Origin: Asterias rubens
Taxonomy: Eukaryota
Assembly (NCBI RefSeq): GCF_902459465.1
Contig: NC_047083.1
Span: 9,920,001-9,984,000 of the forward strand
Direction: 5' to 3'
Length of the DNA: 64,000 nt
Under the pieces are notes generated by a model. It was not told the origin of the DNA and did not search any database. It worked only from the letters and a program-made list of their open reading frames with translations. A program made the position numbers and the translations under genes. Numbering within the stretch: position 1 is the stretch's first letter; each line of letters opens with the position of its first letter. Of the stretch, positions 39,030 to 51,020 are shown one piece after another.

Positions 39030-42000
39030 TCACGACGCCATCATGACTGGTCTGGCTTTCTTGGCTTCAAGCGAAGACTCTGCAGCACTCGCAAATCCAG
39101 TTCCTCCCTGAGCAGTAGAAATAAAAAATTAACATTATTAAATACAGACTTTTAGACACTTGTCATTGTAAGGATGTAGGCATGGGTATACACTAGGAGC
39201 CTGGCTGGTAAAGCAGAATGCACTTGGAGATGGCTACTGCCACCAGGGGCAAGTTGCCACCTACTCCTGGGGCTGAAACAGGGTTACCCCCTTCACAGTC
39301 CGTAAGGATAGGCATGGGTACCATCCACTAGGAGCCTGGCTGGTAGAGCAGAATACACTAGGAGAGGGCTACTGACACCAGGGGCAAGTTGCCACCTACT
39401 CATGGGGCTGAAACAGGGTTACCCCCTTCACAGTCTGTAAGGATAGGCATGGGTACCATCCACTAGGAGCCTGGCTGGTAGAGCAGAATACACTAGGAGA
39501 GGGCTACTGACACCAGGGGCAAGTTGCCACCTACTCATGGGGCTGAAACAGGGTTACCCCCTTCACAGTCTGTAAGGATAGGCATGGGTACCATCCACTA
39601 GGAGCCTGACTGGTAGAGCAGAATGCACTAGGAGAGGGCTACTGCCACCAGGGGCAAGTTGCCACCTACTCCTGGGGCTGTAACAGGGTCCCCTTCACAG
39701 TCTGTAAGGATGAAGGCTTGGGTATCATCCACTAAGAGCCTGACTGGTAGAGCAGAATGCACTACCTCCCTAACTTTTTACAAAGCATTTATGCATAAGT
39801 GCCTTACTCATCAAGGGCACAAGTGCCATGGTCAGGATCCAACAAGCACTCTGCTTGGGGTTCCGTGGGCTAAGACATGCCACACAAAAAAATAATAATA
39901 ATAATAATAATAATATATATATATTTTTAAGTAAGCCATAATTTTTGTTCTTCTTTTCTATGCAAGTCGCCAGACACACAAGGCCTGAAGGCCTCTTCAA
40001 GGTGTGGGCTACAATTGTTTTTCCCAGAGGCTGTTGCCACCTACTCCTAGGGCTGAAACAGGGTTACCCCTTTCATAGTCCACACGGATGTAGGCTTGGG
40101 TATCATCAGTCCGAAGCCTGGCCGGTAGAGCAGAAAGCACTACCTCCCTGTGTGACCCAGAATCGCCCCCAAGTTACAATTCAACCTGGGAAGCGGTAGC
40201 CAGGGGCTCACCTGAAGATAGTCTCCGCTATTCGTATAAAACTAACCCTTCTGATTTTGATAATGTCATTCTCCTTCAGTGCGTCTCCTGTGAAGGGGTC
40301 CGTCATGTCCTTCTTTATGATTTTCTTGATACAGTCCATCGTGACGACCTTCCCACTTAAAAAAAAACAATAGAAAAGTACATACTTAAAGTAGGATTAT
40401 AAATTTTGCGTGGTAGAAGTACAACTGAGAGAGGTTTGCAGTAGCACCATGTGAAAATCTCTTTTGAGTAGTGTTGATTCTGAGAATAACTGGTTGTTAA
40501 GGACTCCCACCTTTGTGTACCAACGAGCCCATCCCATCCACCAGTTAATACTTTACAAGGCAGTAAATATTGAAGTGTGAAAGTACGCTGGAAGTGTCGT
40601 GGCCGAGCAATTAAAAGAGTACGGAATTCAAACTCTGGTGTTTCTGATCAGCAGAGTGTGGGTTGGAATCCCCAGCCGTGACACTTAAGCAAGACATTTA
40701 ACCATTGCTTCGTCCTTCGGATGGGACGTAAAGCCGTTGGTCCCATGTGTTGTGTAACGCATGTAAAAGAACCCAGTGCACTTATCAAAAAGAAAAGGGG
40801 TTCGCCCCGATATTCCTGGCTGAGGCTGCGGCTGAGGCTTGTAAACCCTTATATATTAACAGTTTAGATGTAAGTTTTGCATCAGGTCAAGTAATATAAT
40901 TTTGGTTACCCTTAAACCGACGTGTTTTATATTAAGCACTATATCCTGTGTTCTGTGAAAATATTCAACAGGCTTAAATGTTATATTTGTATACAGTCAC
41001 ATAAATTTACCTTGGTCGCAGCACAGCACAAGGCGTCTTGTTTGATAAGATGTCATGCGTGACAGCACATTTGTACCGGATCTGCTTGGCCACCAGAGGG
41101 CGCTTGTCGTTGACGTCATCAGCTCGTACGAAGTTCACCTGGATAAGATTCTTTATCCTCAGAGGCTTCTTGCTCATGGGGCAGTAAACTGCTTTGCTCT
41201 GTAGATTTAAAAGTGCGATAATAATAAGTTTATACAAAGTGCTATTTTTAGGTAGATCAAGGTGCTGTGACAAAAAGAAAATAACGCAATAAAAGCGTAA
41301 TTTTTGTTAACAATAGACCCCTTGCAATACGCGCAGCGTACTCACATGTGCCTATCCCGAGTGTCATTTTGGGTGTCAAAATCTTATACAAACATGCACA
41401 ACAGAGAGATGACACCCAAAATTACGCGCATTGTTCAGGGGCGCGTTCTATATTTTGTGACTTGTTTTACTCATTTCTCAAAAACTACAGCACCACAGTA
41501 ATTAATATTTGAAGGGAAGCTTACTACTATCTTTATCTTCAGTGTGAGTTTAATGAAAATCTGTGGACATTTTAAAACGGTACCTGAATCCTTTCAGACT
41601 TAAATAGAAAGTGCTTACAGGTTTTTGAACTAAAGTCGCCTTGGCTTGAGGTGTTAATGATGGAATCCAGAAACTTGGAAGTTCTGATTTCTTGTCGCCG
41701 TTTTCAGAGACAGCTGCTGCTGCTGCTGCTGCTGCAGTGCCGCTGCTGCTGCTGGTGCTTGGGGTCTCGGAATGATCAAGTTTGGCCCTTTTGGTGGGTG
41801 GGGCCTCAGAGAAGGGGTTGAGGGGCTTACTGGTGATACTACGCTCTGGAAAAAGAAAGAAAACAAATTCAGGGATGAACGGCGAAAGAAAAAAAAACTG
41901 CATTAAAAATAAATATTTCATAATGGACGGAAAAGGCAGGTAATGTTTTTTGTCCATTTTAAATATGGAGATTTGAGAATGATTAATTAAAAAGAAAATG

Positions 42001-44049
42001 GCTACAGCAGGATTTGACGTCAAGCAGTTGGTCCCATGTGTTGTGTAACGCATGTAAACAAACCCAGTGCACTTATCGAAAAGAGAAGGGGTTGCCCCGG
42101 TGTTCCTGGCTGTGGCTGCTGTATGCGCCGTAGCACCTTGTAAACCCTTATAAGGTGCTAAATTTTGGGTCTCAAAATTCATCTTTCTGCAAGTTTGTAT
42201 ACACTTAGTGCATCGAGTACCTTGTTTGGTAGATACGTAACCTAAAGACTTCGATATTATTATTATTAAATTCAAAGAAAATCACTTCTTTCTCAAAAAA
42301 CTACGTTATGCTAATAATTACTTTGAGTATTTACCAATAGTGTCCACTGCCTTTAAGAGGCGACCCTTTAAAGTAAAGTTCTAAGAATTCCATCTCCGTA
42401 CCTTTCTCAATGAAAGCCTTGACCTTGTCTTCCTTCACTGTCTTCTTCACTTGGCTCACCTCTTCCTAAAAAAAAAAAAAAAAAAATTTATCAAATGAAT
42501 AATATAAATTATAAACAGCCTTTATAAAAGTTTCTGACAAAAATGCCATTCAAGGGTGCAAGTTCGCAAATTTAGACAAAGTCCAGAAAACTCAAAACAA
42601 ACCATCGTTAAATTTATAAGGCACCAGTACAGTAGGCTTAAAACAAAGGTGAGATTGAAGCAAAGTTTTGAAATTGGTTAATAAAGTAGATTGCCTGATT
42701 TTTATTTTATTTTTATGCACGTTGCCTGACACACAAGGCCTGAAGGACACTTCAAGGTGTGGGCTACAATTATTTTGTTTTCCAGAGGCAGTTGCCACCT
42801 ACTCCTAGGGCTGAAACAGGGTTACCCCTTTTACAGTCCATACGGATGTAGGCTTGGGTATCATCGGTCCGAAGCCTATAGACGTTAGAGCAGAAAGCAC
42901 TACCTCCCCAATTTCACGTAGCAAGTGTCATGACCGGGACTCGAACCCACACTCTGCTGGTCAAACACCAATGAAGAAGATGATTCCATAGAAACGTAGA
43001 AATCACATCCCTAACGCCTAATACTGATTATAATAATAATATTTACATACTCACGTATCCGCCCTGCTGGGTGTTCAAGGCACAGTAAACCCCCCCCCCC
43101 CGCCCCCGAAAAAAATAAAATAAAAATACCAACCAGTTGGAGGCGACACTGGCGATGGTATTCCTTCATCTGTTTCTCATAGTCTTGTTTCTGCTTCAAG
43201 ACATACTCAATAATTGCCTCCTTGTCATACAGATACCCCTCCTCACTGGAAAAGATAAGATTTGGGGTTGAGAGTGTTATGGCCGAGTGTTTAAGAACAT
43301 CGAATTCAAGTTCTGGTTGACATAGACACTGGACACTAATGGTAATTGTCAAAGACCAGTCTTCTTACTTGGTGTATCTCAACATGCATAAAATAAAAAA
43401 ATCTGTGAAATTTTGTGCTTTCAGATGCTTGATTTCGTGACCTCAAATTCTAAATCCGAGGTCTTGAAATCAAATTCGTGGAAAATTACTTCTTTCTCAA
43501 AAACTATGTCACTTCAGAGGGAGCTGTTTTCTCACAATGTTTTCTACTATCAACCTCTCCTATTACTCGTTACTAAGTAAGGTGTTATGCTAATAATAGT
43601 GTCCACTGCCTTTAAGTCATCGGGGTGTCGGTTCGAATCCCAGTCATGACACTTGTGTCCTCAGGCAAGATACTTTCCCAATAATTGCTCCTCTTCATCC
43701 AGGGGTATAAACGAGTCAACCCTTGGGACAGTAAGCCCTGAATGTACATCCCGCAGCGTAAATACAGGCGCATCTCCTGATTGCCATTTTGTGGGTCAAA
43801 AATGTACAAAGGAAGGGATTCCCAAAAAGGCAGAAATGGTCGACGCACATTGTTCGCAGACACCATCTTTTTCTGCGCGTTTTTGACACTCAAAATGGCG
43901 GACAGGAGGTGTGCGTTGTGAATAGGGTATATACAGTACATACGTTATGACTGGGTTGGCGCAGGGCTGTAGGGTCAAGCAACAACAATCAAAGTCACCC
44001 ACGGAGTCCTTCCCAAGCCGGGTCTTGTTAGTTCCATAGCCGGATTGAG
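39030..44049 (-). CDS. NOSIP: NOSIP copy 2; coding exons 2-8, no first exon found
   Basis: Exons 44049-43944, 43245-43134, 42465-42402, 41845-41619, 41198-41011, 40355-40247 and 39107-39030 have the same lengths as copy 1 and an open frame. The exon 3 donor is CTG|gttggt (copy 1: CAG|gtttgt). Confidence 0.93.
39166..39770. repeat. 135-137-bp minisatellite, about 4.5 units (NOSIP copy 2 last intron)
   Basis: Anchors at 39192, 39327, 39462, 39597 and 39731. Confidence 0.9.
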
Positions 44050-44981
44050 CTGCAAGGTTAACGAACAAAGAATTTCATAAGGGCGTCACAATTTATTTAG
44101 TCTCTTGTAATCTGGTTAATACATTATAGAACCTTTATAAAAAACTTATTGATTGAGGAGCATCATTTACAGGCATTGAGAAGTATCGCTTAAAGGGAGA
44201 CGATTCTTTAAAAAATTGATCAATAAAAAATAAAAAATAAAAAAATACCACATTTCAAAATATTTAAATTCTTGTTTTATATGGAACCTTGAAGTATTTA
44301 TAAATGCACTTTTGTATTTTATTTAGCATGTTTAGTCAGATTATAAAACCATGACTTGTCTCAAATCAGTTTGTGATGAAATCACAGCAACTAAAATAAA
44401 AATGTACACCAAAGTTCTTCTTTGCCCAATTGGTGCTAAGCACAAGTTCAATTCATGCTAGAGTCCCATAGCAAATTGTGCTAAGCAAAATCTCACATTA
44501 ATTCTAGAACCTAGAAGTGTAACCAACTTATTGATTCAGAATTATCATTTAAAGACTAATGTCATGATCAAACAATGTAGCAAGCATATCAATGTATGGA
44601 ATTGTGAACTCTTAAAAGTGATTTGGTGTTAGAAAAAAAAACTGTCTAGGGTGAGACTCAAACCAAAGACCTCCAGATTAATTGTATTGTATTGTAATGT
44701 TTTATTCCAAACTGGAAGACACCCCGTAGCACTGGGGAGGGTAACAATTTATATAAAAACAAAATACAGTTAATGAATAAGTCATACGGAAAGGAATTTA
44801 ACTTAGAACAAAAACAAATAATCACACAGCATATAGCATTCATCTAAACAAGTCTGCATGAGCAATAATCAACTGCAATGTCCATCTTGATTTATTGACA
44901 ATGTCTAAAGTTGGGAGTATAATAAGAGACAGATATAGCATTCATCTAAACAAGTCTACATGAGCAAAAATCAACTGCAAT

Positions 44982-45274
44982 GCCCCTTATTTTTGACCGC
45001 GCGAGGGCACTACAAATAGTATTTTGATCACTTCCGGGGGTACACGGGATTCGCCCTGCACAAATTAATAGGCGTTATGTCACTTTTGTTGCGCCGTAGT
45101 GTCAATTTGCTTTAGAGGTGGATTATAACGGCTCCTTTAAAAGTCTTATTGTCTGTGATGGATTGGCTGTCTGTGGTTATAATGTGTTCCAATCTTTAAA
45201 AACTGTTTTGTGTATGAATGAATATACCCCCGAAAGTGATTGAGAGCGCCCTCACGCGGTCAAAAATATGGCCC
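44982..45274. mobile_element. 293-bp MITE with 30-bp TIRs and an apparent 2-bp (AT) TSD, inserted in the 102-bp repeat
   Basis: The TIRs gccccttatttttgaccgcgcgagggcact and gggccatatttttgaccgcgtgagggcgct match at 25/30. Subterminal IR atcactt(c/t)cgggggta. The empty site gcaatatcaatc is seen in sister repeat units. Confidence 0.85.
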
Positions 45275-47330
45275 ATATCAATCTAGATTTATTGACAATG
45301 TCTAAAGTTGGGAGTACAATAAGAGACAGATATAGCATTCATCTAAACAAGTCTGCATGAGCAATAATCAACTGCAATATCAATCTAGATTTATTGACAA
45401 TGTCTAAAGTTGGGAGTACAATAAGAGACAGATATAGCATTCATCTAAACAAGTCTGCATGAGCAATAATCAACTGCAATGTCCATCTTGGTTAATATAA
45501 AGATCAAACTTACTCTATAAACTACAATTCAACTACTTTACAGTCTAGTCAGTATGTGCAAACAATGATTTGAAATCATGAACAAAATGATTTCTGTTGT
45601 AGTGGTTTCTTGAAACCGCCCAAAACAACAACAAAAAGTACAAAAAGGAACGTTCAGGAGAAATGGGCAATTAGCATGAAATCAAATAGCCACTTTCAAC
45701 TGTGTTTTAAATAACTTTTATGAATGCACACAGATATTGGGCCATCTGGGTCACAAGAAAATAGTGAAAAACATGAATGATGCAAAATTTAAATGAGCAA
45801 AACGTTCACCGAGCAATAAACTCCAAACAGGAAATTAGTTTTATTTATTTCTCATCAAATGAGACATTTCAGACATAAATATTTCAAGGGATGTTTTCTG
45901 CCATCACCATCATTAGATGGTGTAAGTTTTATGTAAATCTGTAATCTGAGCAATTCTGTAATGTTCCTAAACACCCTGGACACAATTGGTAATTACTCAA
46001 AATAATTGTTAGCATAAAAACTTACTTTTTAATGAGCAATAGTATGAGACATGGTGAGAAACGGCTCCCTCTGAAGTAGGTAGTTTATGAGAAAGAAGTA
46101 ATTTCTCACTAAAACATTTGAATTGAAATCAAGACCTCGGCTAAGGTCTCGAAATCAAAGATCTGAAAGCACTCAACTTGTGAGGCAAGCTTTTTTCTTT
46201 CTTCCATTACTCTCTCGCAACTTCGACGACCAATTGGGTTGCAATTTTACAGGTTTGCTATTTTATGTTTAGATACACAAGTGAGAAGACTGGTCTTTGA
46301 CAAAAACCAAGTGTCTCCAGTACCTTTAAATGTGATGATAACAATAAAATAAACAATTCACATTATTTTAGCTCTTATGGCATTTTCATAATTGCTTACA
46401 ACTTTCCAATAACAAAGGGAATCTGACTTACAAAGCAATTATGGCCAATATACAATAGTTAGCTTTACTACATTTTAATGAGTAATGATTTTAAAAGCAA
46501 CTCTTTGCATGCAATGTTAAACTTCATTGATTGCTTCTCTTATCAAAAGGAAAAGGTTGCACTACTTAATGAACAACCCCATAATGTAACAATCAACCCT
46601 TTGCATGCTTCTATTTCTTGCAAATACTAGTTCCTGCCCTATGGAATGTTTTTACAAAACCACTTAAAGCCAGTGGACACTATTGGTAATTGTCAAAGAC
46701 TAGCCTTCACAGTTGGTGTATCTCAACATATGCATAAAATAACAAACCTGTGAAAATTTGAGCTCAATCGGACATCAAACTTGTGAGATAATAATGAAAG
46801 AAAAAACACCCTTGTCACACGGAAGTTCTGTGCCTTTAGATGGTTTTATTCGAGACCTCAAGTTCTAAACTTAAGGTCTTGAAATCAAATTCATGGAAAA
46901 TTAGATCTTTCTCGAAAACTATGGCATATCAGAGGGAGTTGTTTCTCACAATGTTTTATACCATCAACCTCTCCCCATTACTCGTCATCAAGAAAGGTTT
47001 TATGCTAATAATTATTTTGAGTAATTAACGATAGTGTCCACTGCTTTTAAAATAGACAAGCCTGTACTCAAGATATTTTTTCTCAAAACGACATTTTACT
47101 GCAAAATGCAAAACAAATAAAAAATTACAGAGTTGATTTGCAGCCAAGTATTACAGATTTGATCCACTCAATGTCATAATATTGAGAATAGAAATTGAGT
47201 GGTTATTAGCACTTTTTTTTACTGAAAAATCAGTTTGCATAATTTTGTGATTTAATTTGATTGACATATTGTGATGGTCAGTTTAATCCATGAGACAGTA
47301 TTTGACCAGTATCATCATAATTAGATAACA

Positions 47331-49958
47331 TTACACCTTGTTATAAATCTTCACTGATTTGTAGTCAGCCACTGCAAGCTGCTGACCATCTGATGTCAAT
47401 GAGATTCCCATTGGGTCATACAGACCCTGAGCAATACAGCTGAGAAATCTCCCCTGAGTGTCATACTGATGAATATGACCAGTGCGTACCCCATTGCTCA
47501 CTGCAATGTAGATAGCTGAGCTGTCGCAGCATACACCTTTGCAGTATTCAACTTGTTGACTATCAATCTTTGGATTGATGCTGAATAATGAAGTACCAGT
47601 GACTTCAACTATGTCTACTTGTTTCCCCTCACCACTGACTACAACTCTGTCCTTGCTGTCAATGGCCAAGTGGTAAGGTGGTGTCTGAACTGAAACAGTG
47701 TCAATGAGTGAACCATCACTGGATCTGTGTTTAGTTATAACTGACCTCTCTGCATCCCCCACAATGATTGATGTATCCTTCATGATTGCTACACTGCGGA
47801 GGTTCACTGATGTCTTGCCCACTTCACTATGAGGCACTATGTGTAATTCAAACATCTTGGTGCCATTCCTATTGTACATCTTGACAGAGTTGGTCATATC
47901 TACAATCACTAACTGATTCTGGAATGCAGCAACAGCCCGAGGGTCTGGAAAACAAAAGAACAAATGGATAGGACCCAATATAATGAATGATGATTCATTT
48001 GTAAACCACAATGTACTTTACATTATTTTGATTTTTGTACAAATACAAAGATTTTTTTTGTTAAATGTTTCCTGTGTTGTAAAAACTCTTTGAAAGTTGC
48101 TTCCAATTTAACTGTATACAATCTGACAGTATAACAATAACAACAATTTCTACTGATTGAAATTGTACTGAATTCATTGTTTTTAACTTTTTACCTTTTT
48201 TCCCCAGATTTTACCTAAATTGCATTTCTTATTGATATTTATTTTAATCATTTTGTATAAACTTCCTTTGTTGGTGTTGGATAGAGGAATGTCAATTATT
48301 GAGAATGACAGCAGTAGAGTGGATTTAGTGATCATGCAGTGGATGAATGTAGTCCTAGTCTACAAGGTACAGTAAAATAGCAAGAACCATTCAATTTCAT
48401 GACATACAGTTTGACTACCATCCATGGAAACCTTGTATTGATCACAACCAATGCTGTGATGTTTAAACATTTTAATGGTTGATTTGAGTTGAGAACTGCA
48501 AACAATGTTTGGTAAATATTCTCAAATTTGTTTGTGGTATTGGATTGGAATAAATCCTTATTTTAATGGAATATTAAACTTTGACTGTCAACCTGAAAAC
48601 TAATCATTCAAGAGTACTTTTTGCAAAGTTTTATCTGAGATTTACAACAATATACCTCCGACTAAAAGATTTGTAAGGAACTTACTGCTTGATAGTGGGA
48701 AAGTTTTCTTCTGTTGTCCCTTACTGTCGTAGATTACCACTCTGTTTTTCCAGTTGTCTGCCACTGCCATCTCATCCCCAGGTACAGAGGCATCAATGTC
48801 ACAAGCCCCATTGATTCCTTCACCATACTCCAAACTAAGCTCCCACTTTGGCTCCTTCATACTCAGGTTACCCAGGGAGATGTCACAAACTCCTGGGGTG
48901 AATCCCAGATCGTCCAGGGTCAAATCTATCTTAGGTTGATTTTGATCTCCAAGTAATTTCAAGTCCTTACTGATTCTTGGATAGCTTGCAAGGAAGTCAG
49001 GCACTGATGAATTCTTGCTGATGTCTTTGGCAGTTTGCAGTGAATGATTTATTTGCTGTGAGTTTAGACGCACTGTTTGCTCAAATTCCTCCAATTTCTT
49101 GTTCCGATCTTTAAGGATAGTTTTTATTTCATCCATGATGCGACTCTCTTGAGCTGTTACCTCAGCCCTGATCTCATCCGCTCTGTTCTTCACCTCTGCC
49201 ATGGTTCTCTTAGCTGCGATGTTGAGGTTGTCTTTCATTGTTGAGGCAGTTGCTTGAGATTGATCAAGCTTCTTCATGGTTTCTTCAAGGGGAGTAAAGA
49301 GTTGAGCCAAAGACTGTTTGTATGTGGATGAGGCTTGGTTGCAGTCAATATACTCATGTTGTGGTTTACAGTGATCTATGACAGTACAAGCTTGGCAAAT
49401 CATCATACTACATGTTTTGCAATAAAACCACATCACTTCACCTTCATGAGTTTGGCATTCTGGATGGCGTTTTGGTTTTGTCTTTTTCATTGCAATCTTT
49501 CCATCACTAATATCTTTCAAAGTCGCTACTATATGGCTTGCCGATGCTGGAATTTGATTGTGTATTTCATTGCAGTTTGCACAGATGATCATGAGGCAGT
49601 CACAACAGAAATACGTTGCTTCATTTTTCTCCTTGCATAATTTACAGACCAACTTGCTGTTTGCAGATAAGCTGACCTGCTCCAGTTGACCTGCAAGACC
49701 AGTTAAAATGAAGTTACTCTTGAAATCTTCAACACCCGTCTCAGGAAGTTGTGTCTCCTTTCGACACAAAGGACAAATAAGCATCTTTGCATCTTTGTAG
49801 TTGGTAGTGTGATATTCAAGTAAGCAGTGTTTACAGAAGCTGTGAAGACAGTCTAGTAGTTTGGGTTCCCTGTACTCCTTGTGACAAATACTGCACTCCA
49901 GATAATCCTTTCGGATTTTCTCCAGAGCTGAACCTTGTGATGGTTTAGAAAATGCCAT
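47331..49958 (-). CDS. TRIM-NHL E3 ubiquitin ligase copy D, intact, about 628 aa
   Basis: Exon 49958-48686 (1273 nt, phase 1) joins exon 47944-47331 (614 nt). Domain order is the same as copy B. Confidence 0.93.
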
Positions 49959-50074
49959 TTTGATCTGACTAAAAAAAAAGCACAATTAACAAACTAATTA
50001 ATCAAATATTATAAATCGCAAGGGAATCTGACTAGGTAAATTTTAAATCATATGGGGTTGAACTAAGAAAATTG

Positions 50075-50241
50075 GACTAGAGTCAGACTCGAACCAGCGA
50101 TCTCCGGAGTAACGTGTCGGCGCTCTACCTACTGAGCTATCTAGCCAACATAGAGTGACAAACAACACATGGCTTATAGCTCAGTTGGTAGAGCGCCAGC
50201 ACATATTATCTGGAGGCAGTTGGTTCAAGTCACACTCTAGT
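50075..50241. mobile_element. Back-to-back tRNA-like pair (TRIM D)
   Basis: Heads at 50075-50146 (-) and 50171-50241 (+). Confidence 0.8.
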
Positions 50242-50879
50242 AAATATTTCTTTGTTCAACCTCAAATAAAAAGACTTAACATTCAGTCTGCACAAACAGC
50301 TGATTGCTATTCTACATCAAAATGAACCATGCATCATACATTAGATGGGAATGTAATGAAGCATTAACATTCTAAGTAAGACTGAAGATTTCTTTGATGT
50401 AGCATTTTGCAATCAGCATTTAAGCAACCATAAGCATACATTTAGTCAGCTAACAAAAATAATTTAATACTAATTGGATTTGGAACTCTTTGGTTCAGCA
50501 CTGAATATTGGGGATGCCAAATATAATAATATGAACTATGGAAATCAAGTCTTTCTGATTAAATGGTTGAGAACACTACGGTGCAAGTATTTTACAATAT
50601 TTTGTTACAAATAAGTGGATCTGCTGCACTTTTCTTGAAAATAGCTATTTTTGTCTAGCAGTTTAAGCATAAAAATAATTTATGTCTCACTGAGATTATT
50701 TTTGTGACTTTGTTTTACTATAAGTATAATTTCTCAAAAACTACACATCCTCAGCAAGCATAAAATTTTGTAAAAAAACTGCACAAATTAAGTGGTATTG
50801 TTATACAATCTTAGGCCTGTTTTAAATAAGCTGGCAAAGTATTTTAGCAAAAATGAATCAGATTGTGATCTGAACTCAC

Positions 50880-51020
50880 CTAAGCACTTAGTATAGTTCA
50901 AAAAGATGTCCAAGATACGTCTGCAATCCTGTCAGAATGTTCACTGAGTTAACAGCAGTCTCTTATTTCCTGGTAGAACGCAGGATTATGTCGCAACAAA
51001 TACAGTCACAAAAACACCTA
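50880..51020 (-). other. Putative 5'UTR exon of TRIM D
   Basis: Donor AG|gtgagt at 50880; paralogous segment. Confidence 0.55.
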
